DNA of 64,000 nt, from positions 192,001 through 256,000 of the forward strand of contig JBGAON010000004.1 of assembly GCA_044221725.1 (NCBI GenBank), in the 5' to 3' direction. Under the pieces are notes generated by a model, which was not told where the DNA came from, did not search any database, and saw only the letters and a list, made by a program, of their open reading frames with translations. This DNA is from Elusimicrobiota bacterium (GTDB lineage: Bacteria; Elusimicrobiota; Elusimicrobia; F11). Numbering within the stretch: the stretch's first letter is position 1; every line of letters starts with the position of its first letter. This document shows positions 20,025-28,414 of the stretch, one piece after another. Both the position numbers and the translations under genes were made by a program.

Positions 20025-20285
20025 TTATTCGTCTATTTTTATTCCCCAAACTCCTGCTTTTGCGATTGTCTTGCCGGTGAAAGTATCTTGGATTTCAATG
20101 CGCCCCGACCCATTGGTTGCTTGCTTCCAGCCGGTTAGCATAGACGATAAAAATTGTTCCTTTTGAGTGGCGCGCAGAGCATTCCATTTCCTATTAGCCC
20201 TAAAAGAAAGCAAATTATCTTCTACCCTCGTTTCCTCAAGGCCAAGTGTCGCGAAGAGATTTCCTTCCTTTTTCAATTTTTTCAA
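20025..20285 (-). CDS. Hypothetical protein, possibly a 5'-truncated remnant
   Basis: AT-richer, protein-like sequence. Only a TTG start is available, with an in-frame TAA about 15 codons upstream. Confidence 0.35.
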   Translation of the reverse strand: MKKLKKEGNLFATLGLEETRVEDNLLSFRANRKWNALRATQKEQFLSSMLTGWKQATNGSGRIEIQDTFTGKTIAKAGVWGIKIDE

Positions 20286-20457
20286 AAATTCATCCCTTGC
20301 TTTTGAATCTGGCTGTGGGATTGGTGTTTAAAATTGTCGTGTTCTGTTTACAACTCTCTACAACCGCCGCAAGTTTCGTGCCGATTGTAGCTCATTCTCG
20401 ACACGCGATAGAGAGTGTGTTCCTTGAACCTCGCGCAATTCGCACTATAATTCGCGA

Positions 20458-21414
20458 ATGCGTCAGAAATGCTCCGTCATTGTTCTGTTCGTTTTTGCCA
20501 TGGTCTCTTTCTCCTTTGCAGAGGACCGCTTCGAAACCTTTTTTTCCCCGACAAATTCGGCTTCATTTATGTTGGTCGATGAACCCGGACGAAACAACAC
20601 GCCGGATATTGTTCAGATGTCGGCACGGGGAACGTGGATCGCGTCCAAGAGCGAAAGAAATAAGTGGACTGTGAGTGGTCTTGCAGCTCGCACACAATTT
20701 GAGCACAGTGTTCTCATTCCGCCCACCGGACCAGTTTTTCCTGACCGGCTTTCCGAACTAAGCGGAGGCATTGGATTTTTAAATAAAACGGACGATCGCC
20801 GCTTGCAAGGTGTGAATGTCGCAATCGGTTCGGCCAGCGACCAAATGTTCCAGTCGATTCGTGAAACGGAGATAAATATCACCGGAAGTGCCATGCGACC
20901 GAGTGGCCCGACGAACGCATGGATTTTTCTTTTTAATTATTCGAACAATCGTCCTTTTTTAAACAACATTCCACTCCCCGGCGTTGCGTACATGTGGTTT
21001 AAACCAAAAAAAGGTTTCCGAGCAATTGTTGGCTTTCCGTTTATGATGGTGAGATATCAAAAAGGGGCGTGGACATCGTCCGCTGCGTTGGTGGGAAGCA
21101 CGAATTATTCGGCGTCGCTCGCGCGCCGTCTGAAAGGTCCGTTTGAAACCTATTTGGGGTTCGAGCGATCCCCGCAACAGTGGCTGCGTGCCGGACGCGA
21201 CGACAACAAAAAGCGGCTTATTTACGACGAGAATAAATTTCTGTGGGGTTTCCGAGGTCCGCTGAGCAAAGCGGTAACGCTCGATGGCGCTGTCGGTCGC
21301 ACGTTCACGCGTCGTCTGTTCGAAGCGAAAGACGCCACGCATGACGCATCAAAGGTTCATCTCGATGAGGCTTGGCTCTTCGCTTTAAAGCTCAATGCCA
21401 AGTGGGGAAAATAA
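20458..21414 (+). CDS. Putative outer-membrane beta-barrel protein
   Basis: Signal peptide ending SFA; alternating amphipathic strands; IGSASD, PLPGVAY.W, IVGFP; aromatic C-terminus. Confidence 0.65.
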   Translation: MRQKCSVIVLFVFAMVSFSFAEDRFETFFSPTNSASFMLVDEPGRNNTPDIVQMSARGTWIASKSERNKWTVSGLAARTQFEHSVLIPPTGPVFPDRLSELSGGIGFLNKTDDRRLQGVNVAIGSASDQMFQSIRETEINITGSAMRPSGPTNAWIFLFNYSNNRPFLNNIPLPGVAYMWFKPKKGFRAIVGFPFMMVRYQKGAWTSSAALVGSTNYSASLARRLKGPFETYLGFERSPQQWLRAGRDDNKKRLIYDENKFLWGFRGPLSKAVTLDGAVGRTFTRRLFEAKDATHDASKVHLDEAWLFALKLNAKWGK

Positions 21415-21417
21415 AGC

Positions 21418-22281
21418 CTAGAAGCCGACCTTCCCATACAGCTGAAATCCGGTGTACGCGTAATCAATTTTCCCGCGCAAGTCGACACCGGGGAAGTGCG
21501 CGCCTTTTCCGTCCATCGAAAGTTGCATGTTGTCCATGGCCACGCCCAGCGCGAAATGTTTCACGACCGCGTACTCCACGCCGCCGCGCATTTCCATCAG
21601 CCGTCCCGCAAAACCGTCTGAGCCAAACGCAAAAATTTGCGAGCTGCTGCGGAATGTCCATTTGGGCCAAAGCGCCACGTCGAGCCGGAGCCCAGCCACC
21701 GGTAACGGCGCCGTCAAATTGAAGGAGCGCGACGTATCGAACAGTCCGCTGGACTTCAATCCAAAATCGATTGGCATCAAATAGAGTCCGCCGATCACGG
21801 CGAAGTCAACGCGTTGATCTTGGACGAACGAATAACTGTAGGCGAGTTCAATAATATCAAGGTTCAAGTGGCTGTCGACGTCGCTGCCTGTTGGGATAGT
21901 GATGACGTTTCCGTTATCGGTAGTGTATTGAATGTCTTGGCCAAGTTTTGTGTGCGCGCTGCGGCGCAGAGCGAACCAGGACGCATCCACTCGGTGCTTG
22001 TGATTTTGTGTGAACCGCCAAAAACCTTCCGTTCGGAAAACCGATGTGCGATGTTCGAGTGCCAAGGTATCTTCGAGATCAATGTCCAAACCTAAGCCAC
22101 TTCCCAAGCGAACGGAAGTGTCCGAGTCCGAAGCAAATACACCGAGGGACAAGGCGGCTGTCTCCGATGCCGGACCCTCAATCGTTTTTGCGGTTTCCGT
22201 TGCGGCGTAAGCGCGCGCAATTCCCAACGCAACCAACGTTGTCGCTATCACCAAGTATTTTCTGTTGCGCATAAACAACAT
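21418..22281 (-). CDS. Putative outer-membrane beta-barrel protein
   Basis: Signal peptide ending AYA; IDLEDTL, YSYSF, APLPVAG; terminal YTGFQLYGKVGF beta-signal. Start is 22281 or 22272. Confidence 0.75.
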   Translation of the reverse strand: MLFMRNRKYLVIATTLVALGIARAYAATETAKTIEGPASETAALSLGVFASDSDTSVRLGSGLGLDIDLEDTLALEHRTSVFRTEGFWRFTQNHKHRVDASWFALRRSAHTKLGQDIQYTTDNGNVITIPTGSDVDSHLNLDIIELAYSYSFVQDQRVDFAVIGGLYLMPIDFGLKSSGLFDTSRSFNLTAPLPVAGLRLDVALWPKWTFRSSSQIFAFGSDGFAGRLMEMRGGVEYAVVKHFALGVAMDNMQLSMDGKGAHFPGVDLRGKIDYAYTGFQLYGKVGF

Positions 22282-22325
22282 GGCCTCCTTATTTTTTTGA
22301 AATTTTCGCACTCGAAATTGTGGGC

Positions 22326-24395
22326 TCAAAGAGAAAGCGTGGTGCGTGGAAGAGCGGATTCGTCTTCATCGGCGGCTGGCGTGCACATCAACAATCGGCT
22401 TGAATCGATCGTGAAACGGTTCACAAGAAAATCTTTCACAGCGACGGAACGATCGGTGGCCAGTTTTAGGAGTTGGTCGCGTTTTTCTTGGGCAAGCAAT
22501 TCGGTTTTTTTTATTTTTTTACCGGGCGCCAAGTCCGGAAGCGTGCCGAACCCACAAACCGTCAGTTGTACGTTGGGACGTTCTTGCAGCTTTTTTCCTA
22601 CGGCCGAAAGATATTCTTCTGTTTCTTTCGTCATGTTCAAAGTCCCGGGTTCAAAGATCAGTGGTTGAAACCGCCACTTCGTAGCAAACTGAATGCCGCT
22701 CACCAACAGGTTTATGGTTTTGAGTGGGGGGAAAAAATATTCGGCGGCTTTTTCGGCGGCGATACCAATCGCGGTGGCCGTGATTTTCGCCATCAAGGAA
22801 CCGAACCCAACATCGGGGTCGCTTGCTGGACCTGTCACGGGCACGTTCAGTTCAATATTCCCGTACTTGTCTTTTATTAAAGCGAGCACGACATTGGTTG
22901 GAATTCCGATTCGCGCGGTTCGCTCATCTTCTTTTTCGCGATTGATGTACTGAAATTCAAGTTTCTTTAATACCACAAAGTTCTTTGCTTCCAATTGATC
23001 ATCGGTAATTGATGTTTCTGAGTCCATGTTGAAGACACCAGTTTGAATGCGGCTTCCAGTGTAGCGCTCCGAATATCCGGTGTAGGGCGTGAGATCAAGT
23101 TCTTTGATTCTTGCGGAAAACTTTCCGTTTAATTTTTTCGCAAACGGCGTGACATATCCTTTCGCCGAAAACCGGTCGTATTTTCCCAGAACCGCTTTAA
23201 AATCAAACGCCAGCGGCTGGTCCGGATGAATGGTCGAGATATTCGTTACGCTGAAATCGAATGGATTCATTCGAAAAACCGGCGGACGATGAAATGTTTC
23301 ATCGTGAAGTTCGAGCCGAACATTGCCGGCATTTTTTAGTTCGGCGATTTTAAATACGGACCGCGACGATTCTGATCCCGCATTTAAAAGTTGCAGGTTC
23401 ATGCCTTTCATATCGATCGGCCCGTTTATGTTGAACCGCAGCTTCTTGCCATACCCATTTTTGGTTTTTGGAGCTTTCTGGCTGAGGCCGCCCACGTCGA
23501 CGAAGTCCATTCGCGCGTCCCACTGGCCTTTGAACAAACCGTGCTTCGTCTCGTATCTCGAATCAATGTGCCCTTTAAGCGATATGTGGCCCACCAACTG
23601 CTCAATGCCAGATTTGGCAACGATAGCAGCCCAAGGCTTCAGCGGAAAATTTCTGATTGTGATCGCGGCCTGGATGTGCGGCGCGGCGCTGAACGGCGTG
23701 TAGGTGCCTTTCAGGAAAATGGGGCTTCCGTTTAAAACAAGGTCCGCTTCAATCGGTGTTGCGCTTTCGGGCCGCCACGATTCCGCCGGTCCAATATAAA
23801 GACGATTCACATGGAGCACGGAATTTATTTCGGGCGATCGGTAATCAAATTCCAAATTCTTGAAGGTCACTTTTCCGAAACCGACAGCCCACGGCTTGGA
23901 AGGCGGCGTCTGCACCGAGGTGGTCGGCTCGGCTCCGCTCTCAGCAGATCCCACTTTTGAAGTGTTCACGCCGTTAATAATCCATTCGCCCGCGGGATTT
24001 TTTTCGATCTGGAACCGCGCGTCAGCCAAGTCAATGTATCCGACGCGGATGCGATGAAAGAGAACATTCCACCAATCCAATCGTGCTTGCGCCGAGTCGA
24101 GGTGAAAGTCTTTGTTCAACAGCTGCGCGCCGCGCGCGGAGACCGTCACGCGCCCATTGGGCAGCACCACCAAAAATCCAAAGCGAAACGACCGACCTGT
24201 GAATTTCCGTGCCTGCCAAGCAACAATCCGAGGAACAACCAATCCCGTCAACAGGAATCCCAAAGCACCCAACACAACCAAACCGATGAAAATTCGGGTC
24301 CCTTTCTTGGCTCGAGATCGGGTCGCGCTAGATGTTTTTTCCTCCATGGCAGGAGTTTGTTTGGGCTCCGGAGGAGGCGCGAGTGTCGCTGTCAT
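22326..24395 (-). CDS. DUF748 / AsmA-like envelope protein with C-terminal OmpA-like segment
   Basis: N-terminal TM and beta-rich repeats; LDLTPYTGY, ALIKDKYGNIELNVPVTG..SDP, L.FEPG, LATDRS.AVK.FL. Confidence 0.8.
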   Translation of the reverse strand: MTATLAPPPEPKQTPAMEEKTSSATRSRAKKGTRIFIGLVVLGALGFLLTGLVVPRIVAWQARKFTGRSFRFGFLVVLPNGRVTVSARGAQLLNKDFHLDSAQARLDWWNVLFHRIRVGYIDLADARFQIEKNPAGEWIINGVNTSKVGSAESGAEPTTSVQTPPSKPWAVGFGKVTFKNLEFDYRSPEINSVLHVNRLYIGPAESWRPESATPIEADLVLNGSPIFLKGTYTPFSAAPHIQAAITIRNFPLKPWAAIVAKSGIEQLVGHISLKGHIDSRYETKHGLFKGQWDARMDFVDVGGLSQKAPKTKNGYGKKLRFNINGPIDMKGMNLQLLNAGSESSRSVFKIAELKNAGNVRLELHDETFHRPPVFRMNPFDFSVTNISTIHPDQPLAFDFKAVLGKYDRFSAKGYVTPFAKKLNGKFSARIKELDLTPYTGYSERYTGSRIQTGVFNMDSETSITDDQLEAKNFVVLKKLEFQYINREKEDERTARIGIPTNVVLALIKDKYGNIELNVPVTGPASDPDVGFGSLMAKITATAIGIAAEKAAEYFFPPLKTINLLVSGIQFATKWRFQPLIFEPGTLNMTKETEEYLSAVGKKLQERPNVQLTVCGFGTLPDLAPGKKIKKTELLAQEKRDQLLKLATDRSVAVKDFLVNRFTIDSSRLLMCTPAADEDESALPRTTLSL

Positions 24396-24401
24396 CGTGG
24401 T

Positions 24402-25259
24402 TTAATTTGAAACGAGTTCCGCTCCGTTCGGTTGGGTTTTGTTGATGATCACGCGATGCGGTACCGGCGCCGAAATTTTCGCGTCGTCAAAAGCAATTTT
24501 GATTTGTTCGAGAGCATCGAAATACACATTCCAGTAGTGCGCCGGTTCAACAAACGGTCGAATCGCCAACGTGACGGCACCATCGGCGACCTTTAATACG
24601 TTGATTGTTGGCGCCGGATTCTTCAATACGAGCGGATGACGCTTGAGACATTCCAATGCAACAGATTTTGATTTCGCAATGTTAGCGTCGGGAGAAATCG
24701 CCATTGTAAGGTCCACGCGAATATTTCCATGTCGCGAAAAATTCACAATGGTTCCATTGGAAACCGAAGAGTTGGCTAGGATGACCGTTTTGTTTTCAGG
24801 CGACAAAAGGATTGTGTTGAAAATTTGGATTTCTTTCACTTCGCCGAACTGTCCGGCCACTTCGATGACATCGCCCACTTTAATGGGCTTAAACACCAAA
24901 AGCAGCACGCCTCCCGCAAAATTTGAGAGAGAGCCCTGCAGCGCAAGCCCAACGGCGAGCCCCGCGGCCCCGATGACCGCGACGAACGATGTGGTTTGGA
25001 TTCCAATAATGCCTGCGACGCTCACCAACAACAAAACTTTGAGGCTTACGTTTAGCAGGCTCGATAAAAATGATTGGAGGGATTCATCGAGACGCCGCTG
25101 AAACATGATCTTGGAAACCATCTTAGTGGCAAGATTGGCGGCCCAGAGCCCCACGATAAAAACAATTAGTGCCGATACCAACTTCGGCGCGTAGAGAACA
25201 ACGACGTTTTTGAACTGATCAACGACAGAAATGGCTTGATCCATTTTTGTTACCCCCAA
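24402..25259 (-). CDS. mscS: Small-conductance mechanosensitive channel
   Basis: TTSFVAVIGAAGLAVGLALQGSLSNFAGG, KPIKVGDVI, IVNFS. Confidence 0.95.
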   Translation of the reverse strand: MGVTKMDQAISVVDQFKNVVVLYAPKLVSALIVFIVGLWAANLATKMVSKIMFQRRLDESLQSFLSSLLNVSLKVLLLVSVAGIIGIQTTSFVAVIGAAGLAVGLALQGSLSNFAGGVLLLVFKPIKVGDVIEVAGQFGEVKEIQIFNTILLSPENKTVILANSSVSNGTIVNFSRHGNIRVDLTMAISPDANIAKSKSVALECLKRHPLVLKNPAPTINVLKVADGAVTLAIRPFVEPAHYWNVYFDALEQIKIAFDDAKISAPVPHRVIINKTQPNGAELVSN

Positions 25260-25289
25260 TTACTCAATTGTGTGAAAACAGTCGCTACG

Positions 25290-25688
25290 TTACTTCGCCG
25301 TCGCCGGCACCGGTTCAACGATCTTGTTGCGCTTGTCTTTTCCGTGATACGTGACAGCGCGCGGCCCCATGTCCACGCGGTACCAAACGATGCCGGCCGC
25401 GGCGATCTCTGCGAGAAACTGAGGATAGGTCGACTCCCGTTTTTGTGAGCGTTTGAGCGCGACGTGGAACGCGGCCGCATCAAACTTTCCCGCGGACAGC
25501 GGTGTAAATCCCACCGGCGCCGGATGCGTGATGGACGTTTTTCCGCCGACGTATTTGACCGTGTACGTCAAAACGTCCACTTCGTAACGTTCGACGCCGA
25601 TGCTTTTTAAAGCGTCAAACAGTTGCGGATAGGACCATTTATTGTCGGTGGCTTGTTTATAAACCTGTTGAAGTGATTGTTCATCCAC
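25290..25688 (-). CDS. DUF1398-family protein
   Basis: Internal duplication YPQLF..L.SIGVERYEVD / YPQFL.EIAAAGI..YRVD. Confidence 0.8.
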   Translation of the reverse strand: MDEQSLQQVYKQATDNKWSYPQLFDALKSIGVERYEVDVLTYTVKYVGGKTSITHPAPVGFTPLSAGKFDAAAFHVALKRSQKRESTYPQFLAEIAAAGIVWYRVDMGPRAVTYHGKDKRNKIVEPVPATAK

Positions 25689-25724
25689 GGTCCCATGATT
25701 GTACTAGACGTGGGACCGCTTGAA

Positions 25725-26321
25725 TCAAACGCGCAGATGAGCGAGAAGGTTTAAAGAACCCCCGCCGTCCACGTCGCCCACTTTGAAGAAGAAATGTTGA
25801 TAATCCACGCTCACGCCAAACGTTGCGCCAGCGGAGACGGGCATATCAAAACCAACACCGAGCAAGAAGGTGGGGCTGATGTCCTCTTCGTTGTTGCCAC
25901 GTGTAACGGGAGCGCCCGTAGCATTTGATGCCTCAACATTCACTTGTGTCCGCGCAAATCCAAAACCGCCTTCAAAAAATGGCGATCGGTTACCTTTCGG
26001 TGCAAGATCGTGACGAACCATCGCCAGCATACTGATGATGCTTACTTCGGTGTTCACCTGGTCCATGGAATCTTTTCCAAACGAAGCGTAGCTCATGCCG
26101 ACACCATAGCTTTCGTAGGGATTAACACGATGCATGGCTTGCGCAGCGATGGCGATTCCGGGATCTGCGATATCGTCCAAGTCTCCAACCAATGGAAGTG
26201 CCAATCCAATGTGCGCGGATGTTGTTGTTTGCATTTCCGCCGCAGCAGCCACCGTCCCTAAAAACAGGCTTGAACCTAAAACGAGCGCCATCATTATTAT
26301 TTTATTGTGAGTCGTTAACAT
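25725..26321 (-). CDS. OmpA/OmpW-like 8-stranded outer-membrane beta-barrel protein
   Basis: AGGAGG RBS; signal peptide; SPFFEGGFG, LGVGFD, VDYQHFF strands. Confidence 0.7.
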   Translation of the reverse strand: MLTTHNKIIMMALVLGSSLFLGTVAAAAEMQTTTSAHIGLALPLVGDLDDIADPGIAIAAQAMHRVNPYESYGVGMSYASFGKDSMDQVNTEVSIISMLAMVRHDLAPKGNRSPFFEGGFGFARTQVNVEASNATGAPVTRGNNEEDISPTFLLGVGFDMPVSAGATFGVSVDYQHFFFKVGDVDGGGSLNLLAHLRV

Positions 26322-26369
26322 TGCGTCCTCCTGAGAGTTGTGAAAATTTTAAGCGGTTAAACATATCTA

Positions 26370-27224
26370 CTACGTGCGAGCAACCAAAATCTCCTCACCG
26401 TTGGATGGAAGAAGTCCGTCCTTGCGGTTGGCAAAATAACGTTTGCGGGTTACCTCGGCGGATACGTGTTCGGGATTCTTGAGCCCGGCGTGTTTCGCCA
26501 GCGCCACCAAATCGGCCGGAGCGTAAAAGCTGATGAACGGTGTGCCGGACATTGACGCGCCTCTTTTCGCGCGCTCGGCCATGTCGCGATCTTCCTCGTC
26601 GACGAGTTCAATCGGCAACATAAACGTCACAACAACGGTTGATCCCGGTGCCAGCGTGGCGAGCCGGCGTAACGTGGCTCTGTTCGCTTCGTCCGTTAAA
26701 TACATACTGACACCGGTCGACGCGATCACGGCCGGTTTTTTTTCATCAAAGCCGGCCTTCAGTAACGCGTCCCACCACGACATCTTTTCAAAATCAACCG
26801 ACACCATTCGTAGCCACGCCGGCACGCCGTAGCCCAGTTGGTTCAATCGTTCGCGTTTCCACGCTTGTGGACCGGGACGGTCAATTTCAAATACGCGTAA
26901 GCGCGATGCGAGTTTTGTGTTTCGCTCGGCGAACGTGTCGAGTCCCGCGCCGAGCAGAACGTATTGACCGACGCCGCGCTCCGCTTGTTCGGCCAGCAAA
27001 TCTTCGACGAAGCGTGTGCGCGCAACAATGGACGCGCGGATGCGGCGTGTCCATGCGGGGTTCATATCGGGTCGCTTGCGCCAGTCTTCGGTGGGCGCTA
27101 CAAGTTTTAAGCCTATCTCATCGTCGAGCACGAGCGGCGGTGAATCGATTTGCGCGTGCATCGCTCGCCACAGCGCTACGCGCACCGCGGTGCTGTCGGG
27201 TTGCGCGGTTTCATTCTCGGTCAC
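26370..27224 (-). CDS. SAM-dependent methyltransferase (LCM family)
   Basis: TAVRVALWRA, ARTRFVED, QYVLLGAGLDT, FEIDRP, GVSMYL. Confidence 0.9.
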   Translation of the reverse strand: MTENETAQPDSTAVRVALWRAMHAQIDSPPLVLDDEIGLKLVAPTEDWRKRPDMNPAWTRRIRASIVARTRFVEDLLAEQAERGVGQYVLLGAGLDTFAERNTKLASRLRVFEIDRPGPQAWKRERLNQLGYGVPAWLRMVSVDFEKMSWWDALLKAGFDEKKPAVIASTGVSMYLTDEANRATLRRLATLAPGSTVVVTFMLPIELVDEEDRDMAERAKRGASMSGTPFISFYAPADLVALAKHAGLKNPEHVSAEVTRKRYFANRKDGLLPSNGEEILVART

Positions 27225-27307
27225 GGGGCATTCTCCTTAGCGGTTTCTCAGGACCATTCTAACACGCGGCCTTTCGAACCAGCGTTGGAATTGAGCGTAT
27301 CTGAGAT

Positions 27308-28375
27308 ATGGTTAAACGATTCGCGCTTGTCTCTGTGTGGCTATTTGTCGGTTGCGCGCGCTGCGTTGTCGGAAAAAACGAACGCGCGGATTTTTATCCA
27401 ACGCCGAGCCGGTTTAACGAAGCGAAAAAAGCGTGGGAAGTAACACTCGAAGGTCGCATCTACGAACCGAAAGAAAATGCGGCGATCAAAGCCACGGTTG
27501 CGAGTCTTCGAATTTTAAACCTCGCCGTACAAAAAATCGACACGCGGTTTGTTGATGAGCGGCTCGCCTCGTTGTTTGCTGAAAACAAAAAAGGGCGCCG
27601 CGTGCGCCTGCAATTTTCCGACCGCGGAACGCCCGCGAAAATCGGCAAAACCAATTCTGTGGGTCAGTTTGAAAAACAAATTGAGATCCCGGCTGACCGT
27701 ATGACGCGCCCCGATGCCGATGGGTTTGCCAGTTACAGCGTGAGCGCGTGCGCGCCGCAAGAACCGTCGGGTTTTGTGCAGCTGCTCGCGTCGTCCGGAA
27801 CATCCGTGATTTCGACCGTCGATGACACGCTAAAAATTACGGGCAGCGACGCGCCGGCCGCCGCGGCTGTGAACAGTTTGTTGCGGCGCTACGAGTCCGT
27901 GCCTGGCATGGCGCGGTTGTATCAAGATTGGCATGCGAAAGGCGCCGCGTTTCATTATGTCTCTGGTATGCCGCGCGAGCTTTATCCATCGTTTGCGCGG
28001 TTTTTAGCGGAAGGAGGTTTTCCGAAAGGCTCCATTGAATTGCGAACGTGGTCGTTGCAAGGAGAGTCGCTGCTCGACAAAATGGACCAATTGGCCGCCG
28101 CATTCAACGACGAAAGCTTCAAGAACGATGTGATTTCAAAAATGCTCGAGCAGTTTCCCAATCGCCGTTTTATTTTGGTTGGGAATTCGGTATCGAACGA
28201 CCCTGAAGTGATGGGCGAGCTGGCGTACCGCTATCCATCGCGCGTGTCGGCCGTTTACATTCTCGATCCAATGCAAGCCGACACGCGCGCACGACTGGAA
28301 ACCGCGTTTCGCGAGGTGCCAAAAGAAAAGTGGCACGTGTTCCGCAAGCCCGCCGAACTCACGACCGCGCTTTAA
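27308..28375 (+). CDS. App1/DUF2183 phosphatidate-phosphatase-like lipoprotein (degenerate active site)
   Basis: Lipobox FVGC; VISTVDDTLKIT, VPGMARLY, FHYVSG.P, FP.RRFILVGNS...DPE. Confidence 0.75.
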   Translation: MVKRFALVSVWLFVGCARCVVGKNERADFYPTPSRFNEAKKAWEVTLEGRIYEPKENAAIKATVASLRILNLAVQKIDTRFVDERLASLFAENKKGRRVRLQFSDRGTPAKIGKTNSVGQFEKQIEIPADRMTRPDADGFASYSVSACAPQEPSGFVQLLASSGTSVISTVDDTLKITGSDAPAAAAVNSLLRRYESVPGMARLYQDWHAKGAAFHYVSGMPRELYPSFARFLAEGGFPKGSIELRTWSLQGESLLDKMDQLAAAFNDESFKNDVISKMLEQFPNRRFILVGNSVSNDPEVMGELAYRYPSRVSAVYILDPMQADTRARLETAFREVPKEKWHVFRKPAELTTAL

Positions 28376-28414
28376 AGTTCGCTCGTCGTGCGCAGGCTCA
28401 TGTTTTTATGGCGC

